In this document: positions 1 through 29,627 of the stretch, piece after piece
Layout: each line of letters starts with the position of its first letter
Position numbering within the stretch: position 1 is the first letter of the stretch
Source: Ministeria vibrans ATCC 50519
Lineage: Eukaryota; Protista; Filasterea
Direction: 5' to 3'
NCBI GenBank assembly: GCA_943704425.1
Contig: CALSCP010000642.1
Span: 1-40,119, forward strand
DNA: 40,119 nucleotides
The notes under the pieces: model-generated
The model's input: only the letters and a program-made list of their open reading frames with translations
Databases searched by the model: none
Told to the model about the DNA's origin: nothing
Program-made: the position numbers and the translations under genes

Positions 1-32
<32 letters not shown>

Positions 33-70
33 ACAAAGTGATAGAGAGAGAGAGAGGAGAACAAAGTGAT

Positions 71-163
<93 letters not shown>
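1..163. repeat. (AG)n microsatellite with two embedded GAGAACAAAGTGATAGAG interruptions; intronic to the SDR gene
   Basis: Directly visible dinucleotide array. Confidence 0.95.
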
Positions 164-165
<2 letters not shown>

Positions 166-173
166 ACCTTTAC

Positions 174-403
174 CCTTCTTGCTTGAGCAAATTGGCTTGT
201 CGCTTTGAGCGCACCGTTCCAAACACAACGTAGCCACGGCCTGCAAGGTACAGGGCTGCATCGTGTCCAATGCCCGAGCTGGCGCCCGTGATGACGACCG
301 CAGAGCCCTTGGGCGGCACAGGATACGCATTCAGAAACACATACGGATGGACGACGGACAGGAGCACCGGGATTGCCAGCACAAGCACAAGCTTTTTGAT
401 CAT
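174..403 (-). CDS. Short-chain dehydrogenase/reductase (retinol/17beta-HSD-like SDR), exon 1
   Basis: Hydrophobic N-terminus followed by the Rossmann motif VVITGASSGIG and GYVVFGTVRS. Ends at a phase-2 donor (GAAGG|GTAAAG at 174/173) leading into a (CT)n intron. Confidence 0.88.
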
Positions 404-522
404 ATCAAGGGAACCGTGTCGAGCTTGATGTATGAAAAAATATGTGTGTGTGAATAATAAGAATTAATTGCTATTAATTGTTATTATTATTACTATGAAT
501 TATGTGCTATTGTTGTTGATCC

Positions 523-781
523 TGGTGACTGTATCATGAATAAATGGTTTGTATTTTTCTTCTGTAATATTTACATCTTCTTCTTCTTCTATATTTTATT
601 ACAAAAGTAATTTACTAGTATAATTATTTTTGTATAACTATAGCTATGTTTTGACATTGAGTAGTACAGCTCTCGATTCTCTATTAATTAAATGGGTTGT
701 ATTCTTCTTCTTCTTCTATTAATTATTATTAATTTTAATATTAATAATTAATGGGTTGTATTCTTCTTCTTCTTCTTCTTA
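523..781. repeat. Dispersed intergenic repeat blocks (TGGTGACTGTATCA..AATAAATGG.TTGTATT.TTCTTCT; TAGTACAGCTCTCGATTCTCTATT; ATGGGTTGTATTCTTCTTC x2)
   Basis: 523-563 matches 34327-34367 with 3 mismatches in 41 nt. 662-685 is identical to 34254-34277. Confidence 0.8.
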
Positions 782-928
782 ATAGTTATTATTATTATTA
801 TTATTATTGCTTCTATTATCACGTCCATTATTATTACCGCGTCCGGAGGCGTCGTAAAAACCCAAAACAATTCTTAGTAATATTTTATTCCGACAAGCTC
901 TGGCTCACAACCTCCCCCAACTCTAACA

Positions 929-2029
<1,101 letters not shown>

Positions 2030-2173
2030 ATCTGCAATCTACACTTCCCCAAGGCTAACGTTTCAATAGTAAAGGCTGAAAGAAACAAAAAATGATATCG
2101 AAAATTCGAAATTCGATCACAATGAATAAAATTAATATTAAATGACAATCATTCGAAACATTTTTTTTTTGAC

Positions 2174-2186
2174 TTTCCGCGCCAAA
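2174..2186. promoter_or_regulatory. Candidate E2F-binding site TTTCCGCGCCAAA in the 158-bp divergent OPRT/LIG1 promoter
   Basis: Minus strand reads TTTGGCGC, matching the E2F consensus TTTSSCGC. It lies immediately upstream of the LIG1 ATG. Confidence 0.5.
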
Positions 2187-2187
2187 T

Positions 2188-6855
<4,668 letters not shown>

Positions 6856-6944
6856 GATTGTCTCTCGCATTTTCTTTCATTTCAATACAGCACACTTATC
6901 ACACTGGAACCCCGATTCCTTCTCCTCGCTCGTTCTCCTCTCTT

Positions 6945-8501
6945 TTACTGTGACTTGGGGGACATTTCAGCAGCGCGGCTCTTGAGGCGCACGGCACGAC
7001 GGTGTGCGGCAGACTCAACCAACTGGCGTTCAAACTCGGTCACAGGGGACAAGGGAGGCACTGCACAGGGGGTGCCCGCCTCGTCAAGGGCGACCATCGT
7101 AAAGAAGGCGTTGTTGCACAGCAGAGGAGAGCGCCCTGGCTGCAGTTGGTACGTGCTCACCATCACCTCAAACGACGTTTCGAACTACAGAGGGCGAGAG
7201 AAAAACAAAACAAAATGATAGAGCAAGGGAAGTAGAGAGGGAGAAAAACACAAAGTGATTGAGCAAGGGAAGTAGAGAGGGAGAAAAACACAAAGTGATA
7301 GAGCAAGGGAAGAAGAGAGGGAGAAAGAAACGGTACATGGGAACGAATCAGAGTGAAAGAGCGAGACAATGAAACAAAGTGATAGAGAGGAGGGAGAAAG
7401 AAACAAAGTGATGGTGCATGCGAAAGAAACAGATAAGTGGAGAGTTAGTGCGCATGTGTGTGTGAGAGAGAGGCTTGTCTCTTGTGTTTGTACTGTGGCG
7501 GTGACACTGGCGGAGAAGATGATGCAGTCGCCAACACGCGTGGGACGCACAAAAGTGAGTGCATCCACTGCGGCTGTCACAATGCCCGCGTGTCGTCGCA
7601 GTCTCGTGCCGCAGATGTGTGCACAGCTAAAGAAAGAGAACGAGAGGAGAACAACCGTAAATATATGACGACACGGGGGAGTTGTTGTTTTCGTGGTACT
7701 GTTCCATCCAGGCCATGAGAGCACCACCAAAGGTGATGTTGTAGGCATTGGCGTTGCCCGGCATGACAATTTCGGTCATGTGTGCGTGTGTTTCGCGCGG
7801 TGTTCGGGGGCGCAGTACGTCCTCCTCCGACTCGCCCTGGGTCATGCCGAGCGATGCGTCGTCTTGTGCGGCCCACGTCATTGGTGGCAGTGGCGGACTC
7901 TTCTTATCGCGCAGACGAACTTGTCGACGGTCCAGCGCTGCATTGAAGCGCTGGTGCTCGTCTTCGGTTTCGGGGATGACCTGGATGACAGGTGCCGGAC
8001 GGCCATTCCCGTCAATGTGCACAAAGGTGAAGTAGGCGCGAGTGCACATGTCTCGTGCGCCCGTCCGAACGTGTTCCGTCAGCATTTCGACGTACACCTC
8101 GACGCTGGTACCAAAGCAGCGGTTGATCCTGGCTCGCGAGATGAGCACATCTCCAATTCGAGCTGGTTTGAGAAAGTGCACCTGGTGGGATGGGACAGAC
8201 GTGAGTTCACACGCGATTGTGTCATTCACGCACATACCTCGTCCAATCGAGCTGTGACGCACCCTCGCGAGGGCGAAACCTGTCTCGAGCAGATGCCCGC
8301 AGCGATATCGAGCCAAGAGAGGATCGCACCGCCACGGCAGATTCCGCTGGGGTTGTCCGCTTCTTTGGCTGTCACCGAATGTGTCGTGACAACGACCGTC
8401 TCACTCATACGGATTGGAGGTCGAACAGGCGTCGCTTCACCTTCTGCTTTCTTGCTGCTGTCACGGACATACGCCCAAATGGCACTCCCTATCGCCAGCA
8501 T
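6945..8501 (-). CDS. Acyl-CoA thioesterase with tandem hotdog folds (ACOT7/11/12, YciA-like)
   Basis: Two hotdog units: DNPSGICRGGAILSWLDIAAG...VHFLKPARIGD...SVEVYVE...AYFTFVHID and NANAYNITFGGALMAWME...VTAAVDALTFVRPTRVGD...AFFTMVALDEAGTPCAVP. Multi-exon, convergent with LIG1. Confidence 0.9.
7190..7410. repeat. Intronic purine-rich minisatellite, ~39-40-bp unit GAGAGGGAGAAAAACACAAAGTGATAGAGCAAGGGAAGTA
   Basis: About three good copies plus degenerate copies, inside a thioesterase intron. Confidence 0.75.
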
Positions 8502-8616
8502 GTGTGAAGAGCAATAATAAATTAGAAAACTATTCGTGAATTTGAATCGAATTTTCATTTTTCACACACAATTTATCAGTTATCAGGGCAGAGTCCTTAT
8601 ACCACAACAACACAAT

Positions 8617-10415
8617 ATGCTCGTCAACAAAGATGAAGAAGTCCTCAAGGAAGGACAACTGACCAAGCAGGGCGCCGTTGTCAAAAATTGGAAGGTGATC
8701 GAACACCGATCTACAAAGACGACCTCACCCCCTCCCCATACGACTCAACACCCCCTCCCGCATCGCCACTTCTTGTTCTGCGTAGTCGCGCCACTTCCAG
8801 CTGCGAGCGAGCTCCCTCGCCTACGCCGCCGATGCGTCCGTACGCCCCACCAAGACGATATTCGCCCAGACCACAGATCAACATTGCATCACCCCCTTTT
8901 TTTTTGTTATCTATCACACTATAGAAGTCCAAGAGTAGCACCTTCAAAGGGGTTATTCCCATCACCAACAACACAACGGTCATTGCGGACGACCCAGGGT
9001 GCATTGGCGCGACCAATGCCTTCTCAGTGCAGTCGCTGCACTCATCGAACGCTCGAAAGTATTTCATTCAGTGTGTGTCGCCCGAAGAACGCACTGAGTG
9101 GATGGACGCCATCAAGCTCGCGGCCGAGAACTACGTGCCCCCTCCTGAACCAGTGGTCCCCGCACCTGCTCCCGCTACCGAGGTCGCCGCTGCCGCTCCA
9201 GCTTCCACGGCTGCCGCTCCAGCTCCCACGGCTGCCGCTCCAGCTCCCGCTGTTGCCATTCCAGCGGCTGCAGCTGCCGCTGGTGGTAGCTCTCTCGCCG
9301 ATGCACTTGCCATGTCATCGCAGATGATGGCCATGGCCCCTCAGCTTCAAGCCATGGGTCAGCAAATGTCGGCGGGACAGCCCACACCGCAGCAGAAGCT
9401 CGCCGCCCTGCAGAATACGCTCAACCAGNNNNNNNNNNNNNNNNNNNNNNNNNNNNNNNNNNNNNNNNNNNNNNNNNNNNNNNNNNNNNNNNNNNNNNNN
9501 NNNNNNNNNNNNNNNNNNNCATGTCATCGCAGATGATGGCCATGGCCCCTCAGCTTCAAGCCATGGGTCAGCAAATGTCGGCGGGACAGCCCACACCGCA
9601 GCAGAAGCTCGCCGCCCTGCAGAATACGCTCAACCAGAACCCCCAGACGCCCGAAGAGTTCCAGGCGAGTCTTGCTGCTCAGGGTGTGGGATCGACTGTC
9701 ACGCATGGTGGTGTGCAGACATCCAAGGCGGCTGAGGCCGGTGCTGCACCGCCCGCGAGTGCTGCTGCGCCTGCGCCCGCTGCGGGGACTCCCCCTGCCG
9801 GCGGCTTTATGGGCGCACCCGCCGCTGGAGGCACTTCGATCGCCGATGCACTTGCCATGTCGTCGCAGATGATGGCCATGGCCCCTCAGCTTCAAGCCAT
9901 GGGTCAGCAAATGTCGGCGGGACAGCCCACACCGCAGCAGAAGCTCGCCGCCCTGCAGAATACGCTCAACCAGAACCCCCAGACGCCCGAAGAGTTCCAG
10001 GCGAGTCTTGCTGCTCAGGGTGTGGGATCGACTGTCACGCATGGTGGTGTGCAGACATCCAAGGCGGCTGAGGCCGGTGCTGCACCGCCCGCGAGTGCTG
10101 CTGCGCCTGCGCCCGCTCTGGGAACTCCCTCTGCGGGTGGCTTTATGGGTGCACCCCGCTGGAGGCACTTCAATGGCCGATGCACTTGCCATGTCGTCGC
10201 AGATGATGGCCATGGCCCCTCAGCTTCAAGCCATGGGTCAGCAAATGTCGGCGGGACAGCCCACACCGCAGCAGAAGCTCGCCGCCCTGCAGAACAGCCT
10301 CAACCAAAACCCACAGTCGCCGGCCGAGCTGCAGGCGAGTCTTGCTGCCCAAGGAATTGGCTCCACTGTCACGCATGGTGGTGTGACCAACTCCCAGCCC
10401 GGCGCGCCCCAGTGA
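8617..10415 (+). CDS. PH-domain protein with Ala/Pro linker and C-terminal 112-aa tandem repeats
   Basis: N-terminal PH signature KEGQLTKQGAVVKNWK...KGVIPI...RKYFIQCVSPEERTEWMDAIK. Repeated ADALAMSSQMMAMAPQLQAMGQQMSAGQPTPQQKLAALQNTLNQNP modules. Contains an N-gap at 9429-9519 and a 2-nt frameshift near 10155. Confidence 0.85.
9296..10385 (+). repeat. Near-identical 336-bp coding tandem repeat (3-4 copies)
   Basis: The same sequence recurs at a 336-nt offset (e.g. 9672 vs 10008). Confidence 0.9.
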
Positions 10416-10637
10416 ACCGGATAATGTTAGTGATGAATGAAAATAATATCGTTTGAGCGATTTCCAACAACAAGTGCAGTCACTGCGCCTCTGTCGCAGA
10501 GTCGGCACAACACCCCACTTGTGGGACGATACGGATTCTGGAAATATTTGTACGCTGTACTTAAGAGAGAATGTTTACTTCTGTCCTTGTCTATTGAATT
10601 AATATTAAAAATAATTATAATAATAATTAAATTTATT

Positions 10638-12322
10638 ATGTCTCCTCTCTCCGTGCTATTACTCTTCTCCGCTGCAGCGACAGTACTCTGTCATGATGTG
10701 CCCGTCATTGGGATCTTGGGCGTTCCCACCTCAGAAGGTTGTTTTTGTCCTTCCCAGTTGGTGGTCATTCGTGTGAAGTTGAACTCACTCGCAATTGAAT
10801 CTATAGGTTGCGTTACGTCGCCACGACCGCCACCGCCCTCGCTTCGTCAATGGAATGGCACATCATGCTTTGGAAACTACTATGTGCAGTGGTTGCAATC
10901 TGCTGGCGCCCGCGTAATCCCCATTCGACACGATTTAGAGAGAGGCGAACTTGATCATTTGCTCGCGAGTCTCAATGGCGTTCTCTTCACCGGAGGCGGT
11001 CTTGATCTCTCGCAACAGTCACCCTACATGGACTCAGCAGAGGCTATTTTTGCCGCGGCACAGCGCCACGAGTCTCCAATTGCTCTCTGGGGCACATGCA
11101 TGGGTTTCCAGGTGAGAGCGACACTCCGTCACCGAATCTCAGCCTGACTCGACCTCCCTGACACGTTGCGTAGTTGCTCAATATTCTTGCTGCTAAAACT
11201 CCCCTTGTGCTCACCTCTGGCTTCGACTCGGAAAACATCTCTCTGGCCCTCAATCTCACCCAGGAGGCGTCAGAAAGCCGGCTGTGGCGCGCCCTGCCCG
11301 AGGCGGTACTTTCTCCACTCCCCCTCCTCCCCTCTTTATCTTTGTGTCTCCATTTGTAGACTCGTGAAGTGCTCACCAAACAGGATGTCACGACAAATTT
11401 GCACCATGATGGCGTCAGTCCAGACGCACTCTCTCAGTTCCCGCAGCTGACAAGCTTCTACCGATACATCAGCACCAACCGTGATCGCGCAGGCCGCCAG
11501 TTTATGTCCACGTTTGAGTCTCGCTACTACCCCATCTGGGGCACTCAGTGGCACCCCGAGAGACCCCAGGTCTCACGCGAACACAGTCACACACACGCGC
11601 GCCACACACACACACACACTCACACACACACACTACACGGACATCCTCAGAGACTCTCTCTCTCACACACACACCACAAAGACACACAGCCACACACCAC
11701 AAAGACACACACATAGATACGCGCACACACAATCACAACAATCACAACAATATCAGTTTCCTCTCGGTTTCTCTCGTCCCTTTTTTTGTGGGGGCATTTA
11801 CTCGACCTGCTTTCCTCTCTCTCTCGTCTCTACCCCTCTTCTCATCCTCCACCTTCTGTCTCTAGTTTGAATTCACCAGCCTCGACATCGACCATCGGCT
11901 CCCGTCGATCCGCGCAATGCAGGACGTAAGTTGAAGTTGTCGTTACTTTAAGGAATGTCATTATCAACTTTTTCGCACGAAGGTGGCAAATTTCTTTGTC
12001 GATCAAGCGCGCAAAAACGACAACGCATTTGCATCGGCAGACGAACTCGAGCATCGCATGATCTACAATCTTGTGCCGGTCAACCAGGGCGACACGCACG
12101 TTGTCTATGTCTTTTAAAATAAACACCTCGCTTGTGCACTCTCTCTCTTTCCTCTGTCCTTCTGCTCTCTCTCCTCTGTCTCACTCCCATTCTGCCACCA
12201 TCCGCCACACCCCTTCTTTCCAACCTCCCTTCACAACACCTCTCCACGTATCCTCCTGTTAGTTCAGCCCGTACGTCTATTTTTTTGGTCGCATGTCTTC
12301 TTTTTATATTATTAATTCTTAA
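10638..12322 (+). CDS. GGH: Gamma-glutamyl hydrolase (folate conjugase, peptidase C26) with signal peptide
   Basis: PVIGIL, YVQWLQSAGARVIPI, LNGVLFTGGG, LWGTCMGFQ (catalytic Cys), YPIWGTQWHPE (His/Glu), ANFFVDQARKNDNAF. The last exon and stop are uncertain. Confidence 0.9.
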
Positions 12323-12439
12323 AAAAAGGCATTTCTGTGCGCTCTCGATCCTCAAATTCTCATCGGCTGATTTGTCTCTCCTTCCCTCTCTCGCCTAGAT
12401 CACTTTTTTTCATTCTTCTGCTTCGCCACAGCATTTCTC

Positions 12440-24603
<12,164 letters not shown>

Positions 24604-24943
24604 AAAGTGTCCTGCCTTTGCCTTTGAGAAGTTTGCCAGTACTGCATTTTGAGAGAGAGAGAGAGAGAGAGGAGAGAGAGGAGAGAATAAAAATAATTTC
24701 AATAACTAATAATTATTACGAGGAATCCAAATTTATCGAGGCCACAATAGTAAAATTCCTTATGACATCAATGTCGTATAATAAACTACAATATAATAAT
24801 TACATGAGAACAGTGGTAGGTCAGAGTGCTGTGTCATCGCTATCCAGTGAGGCAATCGCAATGGTACGCCATATGTACCCCTAGTGACCAGTGGGGGCTT
24901 AGGGCTCTGACACCAAATGTGTCTTTAGGTGACTGACTTGGTG

Positions 24944-25168
24944 AGTGCCTGACTGACTGGCCTGCATTAGACGAAGAATACTCAAAACAAGTATACAACC
25001 GATATTATTTTATATTTCACTTACTCTGCAAAGTAATAAATATCTGAATTGAGCAAGTGCCTGACTGACTGGCCTGCATTAAACGAAGAATACTCAATAC
25101 AAGTATACAACCGATATTATTTTATATTTCACTTACTCTGCAAAGTAATAAATATCTGAATTGAGCAA
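24944..25168. repeat. Direct tandem duplication, 2 x 112 bp, upstream of UPF1
   Basis: AGTGCCTGACTGACTGGCCTGCATT...CTGAATTGAGCAA repeats at a 112-nt offset with about 2 substitutions. Confidence 0.9.
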
Positions 25169-25247
25169 ATTCTATTAATTATTCTTATGAGTTAGGAGTT
25201 GCTAATGACTTGCTATTTTGTTCACTCTTTTTTTCTTTTCTTTGGCA

Positions 25248-26216
25248 ATGGATTTGACCTTTGTCGATGATGAGTACGGTGGCGACACGCAAGGAAGCCA
25301 GTATGACTATGGCGTGGAATCGCTGTCGATTGTGTCGCAGACGCAGACGCAGACGCAGACGCAAGCACACCCACAAGGAGACGTAAAGCGAGCAGACCCC
25401 GACGAGACTGTATAGTTATGATTATTTTCTCATTCGCGACCTTTTTTTTTTTTTTCGCAGATGCTGCACTCTCTAGAGAGCACGCGGCCGTCTGAGTCTC
25501 TGCGTTTTCACGATGTTGACGATGGAGAGTCGTCGGAGGCTGGGGGATCGGGCGGGCCTGCCAAAAGGGCAGGCAAGGGCGGGGGTGGGGTGGGAAGCGG
25601 CGGAGACGCAGACGACGGGGGCGAAGAGGAGCTGGGGGAGGACGAGGAGGAGGAGGACGACGACGAAGAGGACGGCTTGGCAGTGAAGGAGTTGCCGGAG
25701 CACGCGTGCCGCTACTGCGGCATCCACAACACTCTTTGCGTCGTTCAGTGCAACATTTGCAAGAAGTGGTTTTGCAACAGTCGTGGAAACACGTCGGCAA
25801 GTCACATTGTGAGCCATCTGGTGCGCAGCAAGCACAAGGAGGTGTCGTTGCACCGAGATACGCCTCTGGGTGACTCGAATTTGGAGTGTTACAACTGTGG
25901 CACGCGCAACATTTTCTTGTTGGGATTCGTGTCGCACAGCAAGGACTCAGTTGTCGTGTTGCTGTGTCGTCAGCCATGTCTGCAAAGCACCGCCAAGAGC
26001 TCCGACTGGGACGTGAGTCACTGGTCACCGCTCCTTGAAGACAAGGTGTTTCTCCCCTGGCTCGTCAAAATGCCGTCAGAGCAGGAACTGCAACGGGCGC
26101 GCCACATGACAGCGGCGCAGATCACACAGCTGGAGGATCTGTGGAAGAGCAAGCCCGAGGCGGTTCTGGAGGATTTGGAGCAGGTAGCACGAGAATGGAC
26201 ACTACATATATTTGCA

Positions 26217-26308
<92 letters not shown>

Positions 26309-27055
26309 TCATGCTCTTACACAAAATTTGTTGTTGTCCAGCCCGGCGTCGAAGAGGCGGTTCAACCAGTGCTACTGCGTTATGAAGACGCATACCAGTA
26401 CCAGAATGTGTATGGACCGCTGGTGAAGCGCGAGGCAGACTACGACAAGGCAGTCAAGGCGTCGCAGGAGCACACAAATGTGGTGGTGCGGTGGGACACC
26501 AACGTGAGCAAACGGTACATTGCCTATTTCACGATTGCGCGGCAGTCTGACGAGTACAAGCTGGCGATTGGCGATGAGATGCGACTGAGCTATGAAGGGG
26601 AACTAAGTCGCGCGTGGCACGGAGCAGGGCAGGTGGTGCATTTGCCGCCGACGCTGGAGAGTGAGATTGGGATTGTCATTACGCGTGGCGCACACAACGT
26701 CCCGAAGGACTGTACCCACAACTTTACCGTGGCCATGGTCTGGAAGTCGGTCAACTACGACCGCATGCAGAACGCCCTCAAGGCCTTTGCTGTCGACGAG
26801 AAGTCTGTTAGTAGCTACATTTACCATCAGATTCTTGGTCATGATCTTGAGCCGCAGACGCTCAAGTGTGCTATTCCCAAGCGGTACGAGTGTACTTTTT
26901 TTTGTATGTCTATCTGAATACGTAGGCGTGTCTATGTCTGTGCGTAAAAGCGGTGTATAATTAATAAGTATATTATTTTATTATTTTATTATTGTATTTG
27001 TATAATTATATAATATAATATAATTATTATTATATTATAATATATATAATTATAA

Positions 27056-27109
<54 letters not shown>

Positions 27110-29047
27110 AAGAAAAGGATAAGCTGATTGTTGACGTAATTGTGTGGGTGCATCAGGTTCTCTGCGCCCGGTCTGCCCGAGCTGAACCACTCGCAGCAGC
27201 AAGCGGTGCGCACGGTGATTGAGAAGCCGCTGAGCATGATCCAGGGCCCGCCGGGGACCGGCAAGACGGTGACGTCGGCAACCATTGTGTACCATCTGGT
27301 GCAGCAGCGCCAGGGCCAGGTGCTTGTGACGGCGCCCAGCAACATTGCTGTGGACCAACTGGCTGAGCGCATTCACCTGACGGGCGTGAAGGTGGTTCGT
27401 GTGGCCGCCAAGAGTCGCGAGACGCAGGAGAGCTCTGTCGACTTTCTGTCGCTCCACGTCCAGGCGAAGCAGGTCACCGGCTACCCCGATCTCAACAAGC
27501 TGCAGGAGCTGAAAAGCAAGCTGGGCGAACTCTCTATCAGCGACGAGAAGCGCTACCGCAAACTTCTGCGCCAGTGCGAGTCGGACCTTCTGAAGGTACG
27601 ATAATTTGCAGTTATTTTAAACACACATTACACTGAAACTCTTGCTTTATTGTAGGCTGCTGACGTGATCTGCTGCACTTGTGTGGGTGCTGGTGATCCG
27701 CGATTGCAGCGCTTTCGATTCCGATCCGTTCTCATTGACGAGTCGACTCAGGCGACAGAGCCCGAATGTATGATTCCCATTGTGAATGGCGCAAAGCAGG
27801 TGAGTCACAAAAAAAAAAAAAAAAAAAAAAAAAAAGCGACCATGGGAGGCTGTGCGTGGCGGCTATGGAACGCTGCGCGACGACGTGAAAACCTCTTTTT
27901 GTCACTAAGACTCTGACTCTGTGCACTATCACTGAATCTATCGCAGTTTCTACCTAACACGTTTTTAAATTTGTGTAAATCTATTGCTCTTTCTCCCTCT
28001 CTCTCTCTCTCTGTCTCTCTCTGTCTCTCTCTGTCTCTATCTCTGTCTCTGTCTGTCTGTCTCTGTCTCTAACTCTGCCCTCTCTTCTGTCTCCCGTCTC
28101 TGCTTAGGTGGTGATGGTCGGCGACCATTGTCAGCTGGGCCCTGTGGTCATGTGCGACAAGGCGGCGGGTGCAGGTCTGGCCCAGTCGCTGTTTGAGCGG
28201 CTGATCAACCTTGGGATTCGTGCGGTGCGTCTGCAGGTGCAGTATCGCATGCACCCGTGTCTCTCCGTCTTCCCGTCCAACACCTTCTATGACGGCGACC
28301 TGCAGAACGGCGTCACGTCCGCCGAGCGCATCAAGGCTGCTGTCGACTTTCCCTTTCCGTACCCCGACCATCCCATGTTCTTCTATTGTTCGTACGGCCC
28401 TGAAGAGATCTCCTCCACCGGCACCTCTTTTCTCAACCGCACCGAAGCGGCGCTCGTCGAAAAGATTGTGACGCGCTTCTTCAAGGCAGGTGTCACAGCA
28501 GAGCAGATTGGAATCGTGACGCCGTACGAGGGTCAGCGTGCCTATCTCGTTCAGGTACGTCCTTAGGGGGAGGTTTTTTTTTGTTTGTTTGTTTTGTGTG
28601 TGGGTGTGGGATCAAGTGATTGTGTCTTTGTGTCTAACTTCTTCTCTTGTTAGTACATGCAATACAACGGGTCGATGCGGACGTCACTGTATCAAAATGT
28701 TGAAGTGGCGAGTGTGGATGCGTTCCAAGGGCGTGAGAAGGACTACATTATTGTGACGTGCGTGCGCAGTAACGACCATCAAGGCATTGGCTTCCTGCGC
28801 GATCCCCGCCGACTCAATGTCGCCCTCACGCGCGCCAAGTACGGCCTTATTGTCGTGGGTAACCCTAAGGTTTTATGCCGTCAACGCCTGTGGAATGCCC
28901 TCCTCGATCACTTCAAGCAGCAGAATGTCGTCGTCGAGGGCCCTATCAACGCACTCAAGCCGAGCAACATCAAGTTCACTCGTCCCGACCTCTTCCAACC
29001 CCCCATGTCTGCCTTCCAGCAGCAGCAACAACAGTTTTTCCAGCAGC

Positions 29048-29084
<37 letters not shown>

Positions 29085-29627
29085 GCAGCAGCAGCAGCAG
29101 CAAGCTCCTTACGTTCCCTTTGCCATGCACGATCAACTTGCGTTCATTGGTGATCAGCCTGCCCCTGCCCTCCCATCCACTCTTCCCGTTCCCGCCGGCG
29201 TCTTCTACACGCAAAGTCAAGTACGAGTCAGAGAGAGTTTGAGTTTGAGTTTGACTTGAGAGAGAGTGTTTGAGAAAGGAGGGGGAAAGAGACCAAGTAA
29301 TAGAGAGAGAATTTTACTCTTGTGTGTCGGTGTCCGTGTGTGTATGTGGGCGAGAGCGCGAGGGAGCAAACTGTAACTCTGCTCTGCTTTGTGCGTAGGA
29401 GTACGCAACTCAGTCGCAGTCGCAGCAATCTCAGCGCGACTACCCCTCCGGCTCGTCCAGCCTGAGCACGTCGTTCAGCCAGACTCAGAATGAACCATTT
29501 TCGCAAGACACTCTGTCACAGGTGAGTTTGCAGTTGAACTAGTGTGTCGTGTTTATTTCCAAATTGCAACAATATAAACCATCTCGGTTGTTGGTTTAGG
29601 CGACGATGTTTTCTCAGGATTTGTGAG
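25248..29627 (+). CDS. UPF1: Regulator of nonsense transcripts 1 (NMD SF1 RNA helicase)
   Basis: CH zinc domain [12 protein letters not shown]...[22 protein letters not shown]...LECYNCG. Helicase motifs [62 protein letters not shown]. PolyQ tract and SQ-rich tail. Confidence 0.98.

Noticed and set aside
29-80. AGTGATAGAGA resembles a tet operator half-site (vector contamination)
   Set aside because: The palindromic other half (TCCCTATC) is absent and the motif is embedded in native AG repeats.
9429-9637. Apparent fourth repeat copy after the N-gap in the PH protein
   Set aside because: 9520-9637 duplicates 9311-9428, including the diagnostic ATGTCATCG variant (later copies have ATGTCGTCG), at a non-336 spacing. 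It is probably an unmerged contig overlap.
24900-24915. LTR retrotransposon inferred from the PBS-like TGGTGTCAGAGC on the minus strand
   Set aside because: No TG..CA LTR pair, gag/pol ORF or polypurine tract is identifiable nearby.
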